NCBI GenBank assembly: GCA_963835065.1
Contig: CAWIEK010000057.1
Span: forward strand, 90,024-154,023
Direction of reading: 5' to 3'
DNA from: an uncultured Chthonomonadaceae bacterium
GTDB lineage: Bacteria; Armatimonadota; Chthonomonadetes; Chthonomonadales; Chthonomonadaceae
Length of the DNA: 64,000 nt
The position numbers and the translations under genes are program-made. The notes beneath the pieces are model-generated. The model ran no database searches. It had not been told where the DNA came from and worked only from the letters and a program-made list of their open reading frames with translations. This document shows, one piece after another, positions 49,910 to 59,392 of this stretch (positions are counted from its first letter, which is position 1; the number at the start of each line of letters is the position of its first letter).

Positions 49910-50173
49910 ATGGTTGATAATGGATACGATGCCGCGCCCGCGCGCTGTACCTGCGGCGGCGTTTGTGAAGCCCAGCGTACCGCCCTGACCTTGCGGCGGG
50001 GCGTCAACACCTTTGTGTTGATACGCGATGTGCCCGCAGACGTTTGCCAGGAGTGTGGAGAAATGTACTTCTCGCTCTGGACAGCAAAGCAACTTGTAAC
50101 GGCGCTGCAGCCCCAACACGCGCCCGACAGCCTGGCCGTCATGCCCATCTACGATTATCCGCTTGTCGGGTAA
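49910..50173 (+). CDS. YgiT/MqsA-type zinc-finger protein
   Basis: CTCGG...IRDVPADVCQECGE.YF; AAGGAG RBS. Confidence 0.8.
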   Translation: MVDNGYDAAPARCTCGGVCEAQRTALTLRRGVNTFVLIRDVPADVCQECGEMYFSLWTAKQLVTALQPQHAPDSLAVMPIYDYPLVG

Positions 50174-50358
50174 TCTGGAGACGGCAGACTGTCACGCCTG
50201 TGTTCGCGCGCTGCGCGATTTCTTTTTACGATGCTCAGGCAGTGCCCTCTCCCTGAAAATCGTACTCGTCGGCCCTCAAAATCCTTTCATTGCGCATACT
50301 TCTTTGTCAAACTCCTGTGTCGCGCAGACACAGGAGTTTTTGCCGCGTAGATTATCGT

Positions 50359-50823
50359 ATGGAAACTCTGGAATTTACCTGTGACATAAACGCGCCTTTG
50401 GAGAAAGTCTGGGCGTTTCATAACTCGGTGGAAACGCTGTTCAAATTGACGCCACCGGCCAAACACGCGCGCCTGCTCGATTCGCCGGAACCCATGCGCG
50501 AAGGCGTGATTTACCGCATTCAGGTACGGCAGTTCGGCATTATTCCCATTACCATGCATAGCCTGATACGCGAATACACGCCGCCAACCGGCTTTGTGGA
50601 CATCCAATTGCCCGGCAAAGGTCCCTTCAAATCATGGGAGCATCGCCACCAATTTACAGCCGTAACGCCCACCTGCACCCGCTTGACCGATCATGTCACC
50701 TACGAAGTTCCGCTTGGGATTTTCGGCTCCCTCGCCAACGCGCTGTTCGTGCGCCGCGACCTGCAAGCCATGTTCGCGTACCGACATGCCGTGACTCGGA
50801 AGGAATTAGAAGGCAGTGGATGA
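50359..50823 (+). CDS. SRPBCC family protein
   Basis: VWAFH....L..LTPP, FVDIQ..GPFKSWEHRHQF, MFAYRH. Confidence 0.88.
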   Translation: METLEFTCDINAPLEKVWAFHNSVETLFKLTPPAKHARLLDSPEPMREGVIYRIQVRQFGIIPITMHSLIREYTPPTGFVDIQLPGKGPFKSWEHRHQFTAVTPTCTRLTDHVTYEVPLGIFGSLANALFVRRDLQAMFAYRHAVTRKELEGSG

Positions 50824-51014
50824 AGCAAGCTGATCCGGTCTTGAACGGGTAAGCCCAGTTGAGACAGATAGTTCCCACCCAACCCGCGCACAAGGGTACA
50901 GCCGCCAAAGGTATAGGTGAACTCCTGCTCCAATGATTCCAGCAACTCTTGGTAGGCGGGAGAAGGCAGATCAGGAAGGTAGACTTCGACCCGCGCTCTT
51001 TCGGACAGCGGCAA
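50820..51014 (-). pseudogene. Small gene apparently truncated where it meets the convergent SRPBCC gene
   Basis: RVEVYLP...EFTYTFGGCT..G..G.Y...QDRI, after which the frame reads antisense SRPBCC sequence. Confidence 0.5.
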
Positions 51015-51156
51015 TAATCTGCTCCTTCCGTTCTGGAAAAGCCTCCATGCGTTTGATTGACTCTTCGGCAGTCAGCTTGGCGCGCTTGGGACGCTGCACC
51101 TTCACCGCTTGTACATCTTGGTCCTGTATGTCTCGGGTTTCCAGTTGCTCAGGCAT
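50971..51156 (-). CDS. Small hypothetical (antitoxin-like) protein
   Basis: GGAGG RBS, LTAEESIKRMEAFPERKEQI, overlaps the next gene. Confidence 0.6.
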   Translation of the reverse strand: MPEQLETRDIQDQDVQAVKVQRPKRAKLTAEESIKRMEAFPERKEQIIAAVRKSAGRSLPS

Positions 51157-51274
51157 CGTTCCCTCCAAAATGCAAAGTGGAGCGCAAATGTCTGCGCTCC
51201 ACTTCATTATACCGCAACTTGCCAGCTCAACTTAGAGCAGGGCACAGGGTGTGTAACTGTATCGGATTGCCGGG

Positions 51275-51646
51275 CTATGTCTGCTGCTCTCTGTTCTCTT
51301 GCTCCAGTCGCTTTCGCAATTCTTCGTTCTCTTTTTGGAGAAACTCTACCTGCTTACGCAATGTGTTTTCTTCCTCGTGAGCCTGTGATTGCGCAGGAGG
51401 AAGTTGTCGCTCTGAGCGCAGCAGTAGTTCCAAGCGCAGCAACAGATTTTCGCGTTCAAGTCCTGCATTATCTCGGTCACGTTGTTGCTCAAATCTTTGT
51501 TGCTGCATAGCTTCTGCTAACGCCCGTAGCTCCTGCCGCACTTCCTTCATTTCTTGTCGAAGCGCCTTGAGGTCCTCTTCGTGTTGCTGCGTCTTACGTG
51601 CCAATCCAAGAACCTGCTTGGCAAAGTCAACGGCTTCTTTCAGCAT
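51275..51646 (-). CDS. Coiled-coil hypothetical protein
   Basis: Q/E/L-rich heptads; starts 3 bp after the upstream gene. Confidence 0.65.
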   Translation of the reverse strand: MLKEAVDFAKQVLGLARKTQQHEEDLKALRQEMKEVRQELRALAEAMQQQRFEQQRDRDNAGLERENLLLRLELLLRSERQLPPAQSQAHEEENTLRKQVEFLQKENEELRKRLEQENREQQT

Positions 51647-51649
51647 CAG

Positions 51650-51850
51650 TTAGACACCTACCCCTAGCGTGGCAAGAATGGCGCGCGTTTCGATCTTAAG
51701 CAGGTCTGTTTCTGCTTTTAAACGCTCAATGTCCTTGCGGTCCTGTGCCATTAGTCCATTGAGGTAGTCTATCTCAACACTGATCTGTTTGAGAGTGGTT
51801 TCGTACTCGGTTTCGCTTTGCGGCGCGGGTGAAGTTAAAATCTCGCTCAT
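51650..51850 (-). CDS. Small coiled-coil hypothetical protein
   Basis: GGAGG RBS and TGTTATACT -10 upstream. Confidence 0.6.
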   Translation of the reverse strand: MSEILTSPAPQSETEYETTLKQISVEIDYLNGLMAQDRKDIERLKAETDLLKIETRAILATLGVGV

Positions 51851-51926
51851 GGTTGCACCTCCACTTAAAGTATAACACAGCCTCACAGCACTATATGATG
51901 ATTTTAATCAGTAGCAGCCTATTCCA

Positions 51927-52238
51927 TCATGTATCTGTTGTTTTGTTTAAAGCAGGAGAGGCAAGGAAGCGTCCGATTTCTTGATACTGTTGCCAATGCT
52001 CCAAAGTCGCAGAAGCAGGTCGAATACCATTCTCCATATAGAAGATGAATTCGCCAAGTTCTTCATTGTACTGGTGGGTTTCGCTTTCACGCCGGTAGAA
52101 CTGTCGGGTAGATATGGCCTGTTCCAGTAGATCAAGTTCGCGGCGAGCGTGTAAACTGGCTGACAATCTATCCATGCCCTTACAACTGGCAAGAAATTCT
52201 GTAATAAGACAATCCTTGCTTACCATTTGCTCTTTCAT
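51927..52238 (-). CDS. Low-GC hypothetical protein
   Basis: 103-aa ORF in an AT-rich patch. Confidence 0.45.
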   Translation of the reverse strand: MKEQMVSKDCLITEFLASCKGMDRLSASLHARRELDLLEQAISTRQFYRRESETHQYNEELGEFIFYMENGIRPASATLEHWQQYQEIGRFLASPALNKTTDT

Positions 52239-52452
52239 TGGAGAAGACCTTTCTTTGCCTCTTCAACACTCCTAATGAGGGCAAGATGTAGTAATTCTAA
52301 CATAAGGTGCTGCATGACGTCAATAACTACTGTCCAGTATCTTTTATACAGTCGCAACCTTCTCGATTCAGGCAGACAGTTTGTTCAAAAACCGCTCCTT
52401 CTCCCAAATCGTTGATGAGAAGGAGCGGTTAAATCCCAAACAACACCCATTC

Positions 52453-53697
52453 TTAATCTGCGGCTCGCGCTGCTTCTACGGTTTGCTGTAGATAGTGTTC
52501 GAGGCGTTCGGTGGCGGCGGTGAGTGTCCATTTTTCGTGGACTAGGCGGCAGCCGGTTTCGCCTAGTTCGCGGGCTTGGGTGGGGTTTTGCAGGAGTTTT
52601 TCGATGGCTGCGGCCATTGATTTTGGTTCGCCGCCGACGAGCAGGCCGTTGACGCCATCAACAACGGTTTCGCGGACGCCGCCTTCCGCAACGGCCACGA
52701 CGGGCAGGCCGCAGGCGTTGGCTTCCAGAGGGGCATAGCCAAAGGGTTCCAGGCGGGGGGCATAAACCATCAGGGCGGCGCGGTTGAGCAGGTCTACCAT
52801 TTCCGCGTCCGAAACCATGATTTTCAATTCCAAACACACGCCCTCGGAACGGGCCAATTCTTCCAAAAAGGCGCGGTATTCCGGGGCGACCAAATTCCCG
52901 ATCCACACCAGGCGCGGCTTCCGTCCCCGCATCGCGCCCACTGCCTTGATGACAAATTCCACGTTCTTGTGCGCCTGCAACGCCCCGATGCCGATCACGA
53001 AATCCTCGCGGGGCAGATGTTGGTTGTGGAAATTGGCCGTGTCTATGCCCAGGTAGCACACGTTGGACTCGCGCCCATAACTGCGCAAAACGCTTTCCCG
53101 GCTGAAATACGAGTTGACCAGCAGCATATCGAAGGCAAGAGCATTGCGGCGCTCGTAGCGGGCGTACAACCGGGATTTGCGCTGCCGCGCAGCGGCGATG
53201 ATACGCGCTTTTACTGCCGTCGGTTTCCAGCCGCTTACCGTCGCCTTATCCGGGCCGACCCAGGGCAAATGCGGGCGCGCTTCGTACAGCAGGCGGTTCG
53301 GTTCCTGCAAATACAGCACGTTCGGCAATCGGCATACGTGGGCAATCGGCGGCGCAAAGTAATAGTAATCCGTGTTGGCAAACAGCACATCGAATCCGCC
53401 CTGCCGCATTGCCTGCGCCGCCTTAGCGCACGCCTGCTCCATGCGCTCCATGTCTACGGTCACGCGATTTAATGACCGCATGGCGTGTTGAATTGGGTTG
53501 CTGTGTTCGTAAGGAACATGATCGAAGTGGACAACGTGTTCGGGTATCAGTTCACTCAACGGCAGGTACGTGGAATGGCTCGTCTGCGTCGTCCACGCTT
53601 CGACGTGATGCCCCCGCTCCACCAGCCCGCGCACATGCAGGTACAAGGCCCGCTTGCCGCCCCCGCTCGGAAGATTATGCCAGATTGCTATTTTCAT
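52453..53697 (-). CDS. Glycosyltransferase family 4
   Basis: HNLPSGGG, KNV, EPFGYAPLEANACGLPVV, GGVRETV.DG.NG. Confidence 0.92.
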   Translation of the reverse strand: MKIAIWHNLPSGGGKRALYLHVRGLVERGHHVEAWTTQTSHSTYLPLSELIPEHVVHFDHVPYEHSNPIQHAMRSLNRVTVDMERMEQACAKAAQAMRQGGFDVLFANTDYYYFAPPIAHVCRLPNVLYLQEPNRLLYEARPHLPWVGPDKATVSGWKPTAVKARIIAAARQRKSRLYARYERRNALAFDMLLVNSYFSRESVLRSYGRESNVCYLGIDTANFHNQHLPREDFVIGIGALQAHKNVEFVIKAVGAMRGRKPRLVWIGNLVAPEYRAFLEELARSEGVCLELKIMVSDAEMVDLLNRAALMVYAPRLEPFGYAPLEANACGLPVVAVAEGGVRETVVDGVNGLLVGGEPKSMAAAIEKLLQNPTQARELGETGCRLVHEKWTLTAATERLEHYLQQTVEAARAAD

Positions 53698-53707
53698 AGG
53701 TTTTAGG

Positions 53708-53810
53708 ATAGCCGCGAATGAACGCGAATGAACGCGAATAGGCAATCAGATCGTACACAAGGATACTTACAGGCTGACTTGAATTGTATTCGCGTTCATT
53801 CGCGGCTAAT
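53708..53810. repeat. GCGAATGAAC decamer inverted-repeat element
   Basis: tagccgcgaatgaacgcgaat... / ...attcgcgttcattcgcggcta. Half-copies at 24802-24832 and 56125-56157. Confidence 0.78.
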
Positions 53811-53824
53811 TTCCTCATTCTATT

Positions 53825-55870
53825 CTATCGGTTTTGCTCGTTTTTCACCGTGCGCAGGTGCTTTTCCCAGCGGGCAATGTCGGAGTCCACCATCATTTCA
53901 ATCAGTTCCTTGAACGTCACTTTGGGTTCCCATCCGAGTTTCTGGCGGGCTTTGGCCGGGTCGCCGACAAGCAAATCCACTTCGGCGGGGCGGTAGAACT
54001 GCGGGTCTTCCACGACATACTGCTGCCAGTCCAGGCCGACGCGCCCGAACGCCACTTCCACCAATTCGCGCACGGGATGGGTTTCATTGGTGGCAATCAC
54101 GTAATCGTCCGGCTCATGCTGCTGCAACATGCGCCACATGGCATCCACGTAATCCCCCGCAAAGCCCCAGTCGCGCCGCGCTTCCAGATTGCCAAGCCGC
54201 AGTTCCTTGTCCAATCCAAGCTTGATTCGCGCCGCGCCGTTGGTCACTTTGCGCGTCACGAATTCGAGGCCGCGACGGGGAGAATTGTGGACCCACCCCT
54301 GCCCGATGCCCGCATGGAATGTGCCGGTTGTGGTTGCCAGATCGAACAGCCAGCCCTTGTATTCGACGGGCTGCGCCTTGACCACTTCGGCCAGAGGCCG
54401 CACCAAATGCTGCCCTTTTTGCCCGGCTTTATCCGGCGAGTTCAGATTGATTTGATAGTACAGCCGGTCTTCGCGCTCTTCCAGGCACACAATGGCGCGC
54501 TGTCCGAGCGTTGTCGTCGCCAGCCAGTACAATCCCGCTGCCATAGACGCCGAAGCTGTTTTGAAGCCCTGAAATGTGTAGGTGCAGGGCGTACTTTTCA
54601 AGCCATCCCCGGCATGGAAGCCATGCAGAAACGCGCGCCGCGCTTCGCAGGTCGCGTTCAAAACGCGGATAGGAATACGCTTGTGTCCCGAACGGGTGTA
54701 CAGCGCCTCGAACAAGTAGCGACCGTAAACGCCGCCGCCATTTAAGTGCAACTGCGTCACTTCCTTGCCGTTGGCGAAGCCGCTTGGATGCGTGGAGCGT
54801 CTGGCTGTGCCGCCGGTCACGCGCCGCCAACACGCTTCTACCTCATCCAGCAGGGTTTGATCCTGATTGGTGAACTGGATTTTGCCCTCTTCGTGCGCGT
54901 ACCCCTCTGCCGCCATCACGCCCAACAGCCACGCTTCATCTTCGGTCATCGTAATCATGTTGGTGGGCTGCGGCAGACTGATAAGCGCCAATTTGTCGCC
55001 CTTTTGTACCTGCTCGGCGGGCATTTCGACAGGCTTGCCGTCCTGCTCCACAAAAACCTTATGGTCGCCGGTCGCGTGGTACACGGCTCCACGCGCTGCA
55101 ATGCGATGCACGGTTTTGTTGGGCTTGCGCTCGAAACCATTCCAGGTCGCGGTCATGCACGTCACAGTGGCCCATCCCTGCGCGTCCCATACTTCCAACC
55201 GGTCGGCGGGATTGGGCGTTGTGGAATACTTGGGGTAGCTGCGCGGGTTGGTACGGTGCGGCACGACATCTTCAATGGGCAGAATGTCCATCAAGCCTTG
55301 TTTGCGAATGATAACCGGGGTCGTGTCCGTGACGCACTCATGGTTGAACAATATGCCGGATACCGCAAATAGATTGTAAGACTCACGGTAGTTGACCGTA
55401 ATGTAGTGTCCGTACACTTTGGCGACACCATACGGACTCCGGGGATAGAACGGCGTGTCTTCCGTTTGCGGGGTTTCGCGCACCTTGCCGAACATTTCGC
55501 TGCTGGACGCCTGATAAAAGCGGATTTTCGGGTTCACCAGGCGAATGGCTTCCAGAACGCGGGTCACGCCCAATGCGGTAAACTCGCCCGTCAGGACGGG
55601 CTGGTTCCAACTGGTCGGCACAAACGATTGCGCGGCCAGGTTGTACACTTCTTCGGGCTGCACTTTTTGCAGCGCTTCGATAAGCGAATACTGATCCAGC
55701 AGGTCGGCCTGTATCAGTTCGACGCGCTCAATGATGTGCGCGATACGCTCGAAACTCTCCGTGCTGGAACGCCGTACCACGCCCACCACGCGGTAGCCTT
55801 TTTCCAGCAGCAGTTCTGCCAGGTACGATCCATCCTGCCCGGTAATGCCCGTTATCAGCGCCGTCTTCAT
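53825..55870 (-). CDS. gmd: GDP-mannose 4,6-dehydratase containing an intein
   Basis: ALITGITGQDGSYL, YNLAAQSFV, QASSSEMFG, SPYGVAK, GILFNHE|...|SPRRG.EFVTRK, RDWGFAGDYV. Confidence 0.96.
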   Translation of the reverse strand: MKTALITGITGQDGSYLAELLLEKGYRVVGVVRRSSTESFERIAHIIERVELIQADLLDQYSLIEALQKVQPEEVYNLAAQSFVPTSWNQPVLTGEFTALGVTRVLEAIRLVNPKIRFYQASSSEMFGKVRETPQTEDTPFYPRSPYGVAKVYGHYITVNYRESYNLFAVSGILFNHECVTDTTPVIIRKQGLMDILPIEDVVPHRTNPRSYPKYSTTPNPADRLEVWDAQGWATVTCMTATWNGFERKPNKTVHRIAARGAVYHATGDHKVFVEQDGKPVEMPAEQVQKGDKLALISLPQPTNMITMTEDEAWLLGVMAAEGYAHEEGKIQFTNQDQTLLDEVEACWRRVTGGTARRSTHPSGFANGKEVTQLHLNGGGVYGRYLFEALYTRSGHKRIPIRVLNATCEARRAFLHGFHAGDGLKSTPCTYTFQGFKTASASMAAGLYWLATTTLGQRAIVCLEEREDRLYYQINLNSPDKAGQKGQHLVRPLAEVVKAQPVEYKGWLFDLATTTGTFHAGIGQGWVHNSPRRGLEFVTRKVTNGAARIKLGLDKELRLGNLEARRDWGFAGDYVDAMWRMLQQHEPDDYVIATNETHPVRELVEVAFGRVGLDWQQYVVEDPQFYRPAEVDLLVGDPAKARQKLGWEPKVTFKELIEMMVDSDIARWEKHLRTVKNEQNR
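54284..55336 (-). mobile_element. Intein (351 aa) with LAGLIDADG homing endonuclease domain
   Basis: Starts CVTDTTPV, block B ATGDHKVF, AWLLGVMAAEG and AFLHGFHAGDG motifs, block F/G LFDLAT...FHAG...VHN followed by Ser. Confidence 0.95.
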
Positions 55871-56336
55871 GCTTGTTGTATCCTTAAAATTACGCCTTCT
55901 TGTCACCCCCGGAGCCTGCCGGAAGTGTCGCGTGGTGTTTGTTGGTATCGTGTTGTTGGGCAGCGGTAATGAGCGCGTGTGCCGAAACTGTCCGGCACTT
56001 ATTGAAAAGCGATCCGTCTGTCTATTATTATATCTAAATTCGCGCAAAACTAGAGCGACAAACCGGTATTTTGCAAACACGGCAAATTATGCCATAATTT
56101 TGCGTCGGTTTATGAATCAGGATTTAGCCGCAAATACACGCAAATACACGCGAATAGACCGTTGTCTTACGGACAAACCACTTAAGCACGGCACAATCTT
56201 ATGTTCATAGGACAATTGACCGCAGGCCTAATAACCCGGTAAAGAATTTAGATGGTATATACCGGGTCAGTACAATTGTGCATGCTATGTCACATCTATC
56301 AGGCCAACGGGAACGCCAATCAGGAAAATTAACATA

Positions 56337-57293
56337 ATGGATACTTCGCTGACACCACAACTGCCTGATGGTTTCGCGTTCGGAGTGCCGCCCACGCCGG
56401 ACGCGGTTTACCGTCTGCATACGCTGCTGTCCGCGCCGGAGTTTGGCGACGCCCAAAAATCCTTAGACGCCGCGCGCATTTCGGGAGAGTCTGACGCCAT
56501 CGAAAACCTGTCGATGGACGATGCCGACGCGGAACAGCCCATTTTGACGCCGCATTGGCAGCACATTGATATGCTGGATCATCTGGCGCATACAGGGGAA
56601 CTGCCCGTCACGCTGCTGTCGGTTCCCGCGTATGCGTATGTGCAGGATCAGTACCGTATTTTGTCGTGCGGGGCGCGATTTGGGGGTGGGTATGGCGCGA
56701 TGATCGTCACCTACAACCCGCTTACGCCCGTCGAACTGCCGCCCGCCTCAATGGTGGCTTCCGGCCTGCGCAACAGCGGTTTCCTCGCTTATTCCCTGTT
56801 CCTGCCGAAAACCTTTACGTATACACTCCTGCCGGAAGGCGAACTGCGCGAAGCGGTTGTGCGCGGCGAAGCCGAAGCCGCCCTGCTGACGGGGCAGGAG
56901 CAATTGACGCACCAGGCTTTGGGATTGTACAACGTCGTGGATTTGGGCGCGTGGTGGCAGGAAACGACGGGCTTGCCCCTGCCCCTCGAAGTCGTTGCTG
57001 TGCGCCGGGACGTGCCGGAAGACGTACAGCGCCAGATCGCCCGCCGTATCCGCGCCGCGGTATCCACTTCTCTTGCCAATCCCACTGCTTCACTCGACGC
57101 GGCCATACCCTACGCCCACAAACTGGACCGCGAATCCACTGCCATCTACATCGGCATGTACGTCACGGAACAATCCATAGAAATGGGCGAGGAGGGCCGC
57201 CGCAGCATCGAAACCCTCCTTCAGCGCGGCGCGGAACGGAATCTTATCCCCGCCATCACGCAGCTTGACATTCTGGACGCCAGAAATGCGTGA
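56337..57293 (+). CDS. MqnD/MqnA-like (futalosine pathway) protein, divergent
   Basis: AY.Y..DQY.IL.CGA.FG.GYG, DLGAWWQETTGLPLPL, YIGMYV. Confidence 0.75.
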   Translation: MDTSLTPQLPDGFAFGVPPTPDAVYRLHTLLSAPEFGDAQKSLDAARISGESDAIENLSMDDADAEQPILTPHWQHIDMLDHLAHTGELPVTLLSVPAYAYVQDQYRILSCGARFGGGYGAMIVTYNPLTPVELPPASMVASGLRNSGFLAYSLFLPKTFTYTLLPEGELREAVVRGEAEAALLTGQEQLTHQALGLYNVVDLGAWWQETTGLPLPLEVVAVRRDVPEDVQRQIARRIRAAVSTSLANPTASLDAAIPYAHKLDRESTAIYIGMYVTEQSIEMGEEGRRSIETLLQRGAERNLIPAITQLDILDARNA

Positions 57294-57354
57294 TGATGAA
57301 TTGTGGTATCGTTGTACCCGTTCCCTGCGTATAAAGAAGAGAAGTACCGGTATC

Positions 57355-57406
57355 TGAACACCTGACACCCTAAAACCTAAAACCTTAAAACCCTAACAAC
57401 CTAACC
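57355..57406. repeat. CTAAAAC-type heptamer tandem repeat directly upstream of ATG
   Basis: cctgacaccctaaaacctaaaaccttaaaaccctaacaacctaacc. Confidence 0.8.
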
Positions 57407-57407
57407 T

Positions 57408-58766
57408 ATGGCTAATAATTCACCTTCACCAAGTACCAATATCAATGGTTCTAATCCCGCTGCCGGTTCGGATGCGCCGCCCGCGCCGCCGCGTTCCGGC
57501 GAAACCTCGGAAGAAGCGCTGTATCGCGGGATGCAGCGCGCCCGTAACTTAGAATGGGGCGCGGCGGTGGAAGCGTTTCGCCGCGCCGTCGTCCTCGATT
57601 CGGACAATCTGGAAGCGCGTTTTCGCTTGGGCTGGAGCCTGTGGAACCATGCCGAAGCCGAAAAGCCGTCCGTGACTGATATGGCCGTGATTTACGGCGC
57701 GCAGATTTTCGGGTTCGACCAGACGGCCCGCGACGGCAAGCGCAAATTCCAGTTTTACCGGCAACTGCTCAACGACTCGGTACACTATCTGCGCTCCGTG
57801 CTGGAACGCGCCCCCAACGACGCCCGCGCCTACCACTATCTTGGACGCGCGTTGCAGGCGCTGGATCTGCGGCAGGAGGCGGTGGAAGCCGCCCGCAAAG
57901 CCGCCACGCTCGACCCGCAAAACACGTCGTATGCCACGCTCGCGCACTCCTTTGAGCAGGCTCCGCCCGACGCGCAGCATCGCCCTGTTACCACGACCGT
58001 AGACGAGTCGCGTCTGAATTGGGATGATCTTGTCCTCAACCCGAAAACCAAGCGCGAACTGCGGCAAATGCAGTTGATGCTGGAAAAGCCCGACCTGGCA
58101 AAAGAATTAGGCGTACAGCCGCCGACGGGAATCCTGCTGAAAGGCCCGCCCGGAACCGGCAAAACCACAATTGCGCGTATCCTTGCCAACGAAGCAAAGT
58201 GCAATTTTGTTTCGATTACGCCCGCCGACATCCATCAGATGTACGTGGGCGAAAGCGAAAAGCGCGTCCGCGATTTATTCGCCAAAGCCCGCTCCAATCC
58301 GCCGGCGATTATTTTTGTGGACGAGATTGACGCGCTGCTTCCCATACGGCAGGGCGGCATCGCCATCCATTCGGATAAAGTGGTCAACCAGTTCTTGCAG
58401 GAAATGGACGGCATCACGCCCAATGCGCGCGTGTTTCTCGTCGGCGCGACCAATCGCCCCGATATGCTCGACCCCGCCCTGCGGCGCGGCGGGCGCTTGA
58501 GCCGCGAGATTGAGATACCCATGCCCGATCTGGAAGCGCGGCGGCAGCTTTTCGCGCTTTGCACCCGCCACGCCAACCTCGCGCCCGACGTGGACCTGGA
58601 AGGACTGGCAACCCAAAGCGAAGGCTACAGCGGCGCGGACATCAAAGCATTGGTCAATGAGGCGGGACTACAGGCATTGATCCGCATCGCCGACGCCGAC
58701 AATCAAGGGACGCCCAAAACGCTGACAATGGCCGACTTTACGGGCGCGTTGGCGAATTTAGGATAG
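57408..58766 (+). CDS. TPR-domain AAA+ ATPase (single CDC48/FtsH-like AAA module)
   Basis: N-terminal TPRs. GPPGTGKT, IFVDEID, ATNRPD.LDPALRRGGRL. Confidence 0.9.
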   Translation: MANNSPSPSTNINGSNPAAGSDAPPAPPRSGETSEEALYRGMQRARNLEWGAAVEAFRRAVVLDSDNLEARFRLGWSLWNHAEAEKPSVTDMAVIYGAQIFGFDQTARDGKRKFQFYRQLLNDSVHYLRSVLERAPNDARAYHYLGRALQALDLRQEAVEAARKAATLDPQNTSYATLAHSFEQAPPDAQHRPVTTTVDESRLNWDDLVLNPKTKRELRQMQLMLEKPDLAKELGVQPPTGILLKGPPGTGKTTIARILANEAKCNFVSITPADIHQMYVGESEKRVRDLFAKARSNPPAIIFVDEIDALLPIRQGGIAIHSDKVVNQFLQEMDGITPNARVFLVGATNRPDMLDPALRRGGRLSREIEIPMPDLEARRQLFALCTRHANLAPDVDLEGLATQSEGYSGADIKALVNEAGLQALIRIADADNQGTPKTLTMADFTGALANLG

Positions 58767-58776
58767 AGGAACTTTC

Positions 58777-59388
58777 ATGTCAAAACTAATCTTACTGCGG
58801 CACGGGCAGTCTACGTGGAATTTGGAAAATCGGTTTACCGGGTGGGTGGATGTGGAATTGACGCCGCAGGGCGAAGCCGAAGCCGCACAATCGGGCGAGA
58901 AAATCAAAATGGCCGGCATCCATCTGGACAAAGCCTATACGTCCGTGCTGAAACGCGCCATTGAAACCCTCACCATCTGCCTGCGTTCGGCGGGGCAGGA
59001 GGGGATTCCCATCGAATACGACCAGGCGCTCAATGAGCGGCACTATGGCGACCTGCAGGGCTTGAACAAGGCGGAAACGGCGGAAAAGTTCGGCGAAGAC
59101 CAGGTGAAGCTCTGGCGGCGCAGCTATTCTACGCAGCCGCCGGGCGGCGAAAGCCTCGAAGATACGGCCCAGCGCACCATGCCGTATTTTGACAGTAAAA
59201 TCTTGCCTGAACTCACGTCCGGGCATAACATTCTGATTTCCGCGCACGGCAACAGCCTGCGCGCTATCGTCATGAAGCTGGACAATCTGAGCGAGCAGCA
59301 AGTCGTGGAACTCAACATCCCCAACGGCGTTCCTATCGTCTACGATTTCGACTCGCAGGGCAATGCGATTAACAAAGCGGAGCTTTAG
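58777..59388 (+). CDS. gpmA: 2,3-bisphosphoglycerate-dependent phosphoglycerate mutase
   Basis: LRHGQS.WN.ENRFTGW, LNERHYG, WRRSY, AHGNSLR. Confidence 0.95.
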   Translation: MSKLILLRHGQSTWNLENRFTGWVDVELTPQGEAEAAQSGEKIKMAGIHLDKAYTSVLKRAIETLTICLRSAGQEGIPIEYDQALNERHYGDLQGLNKAETAEKFGEDQVKLWRRSYSTQPPGGESLEDTAQRTMPYFDSKILPELTSGHNILISAHGNSLRAIVMKLDNLSEQQVVELNIPNGVPIVYDFDSQGNAINKAEL

Positions 59389-59392
59389 GCAA

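Noticed and set aside
49910..52238. Integron cassette array
   Set aside because: No integrase, and no recurring attC-like GTTRRRY/RYYYAAC-bounded sites recognised between the genes.
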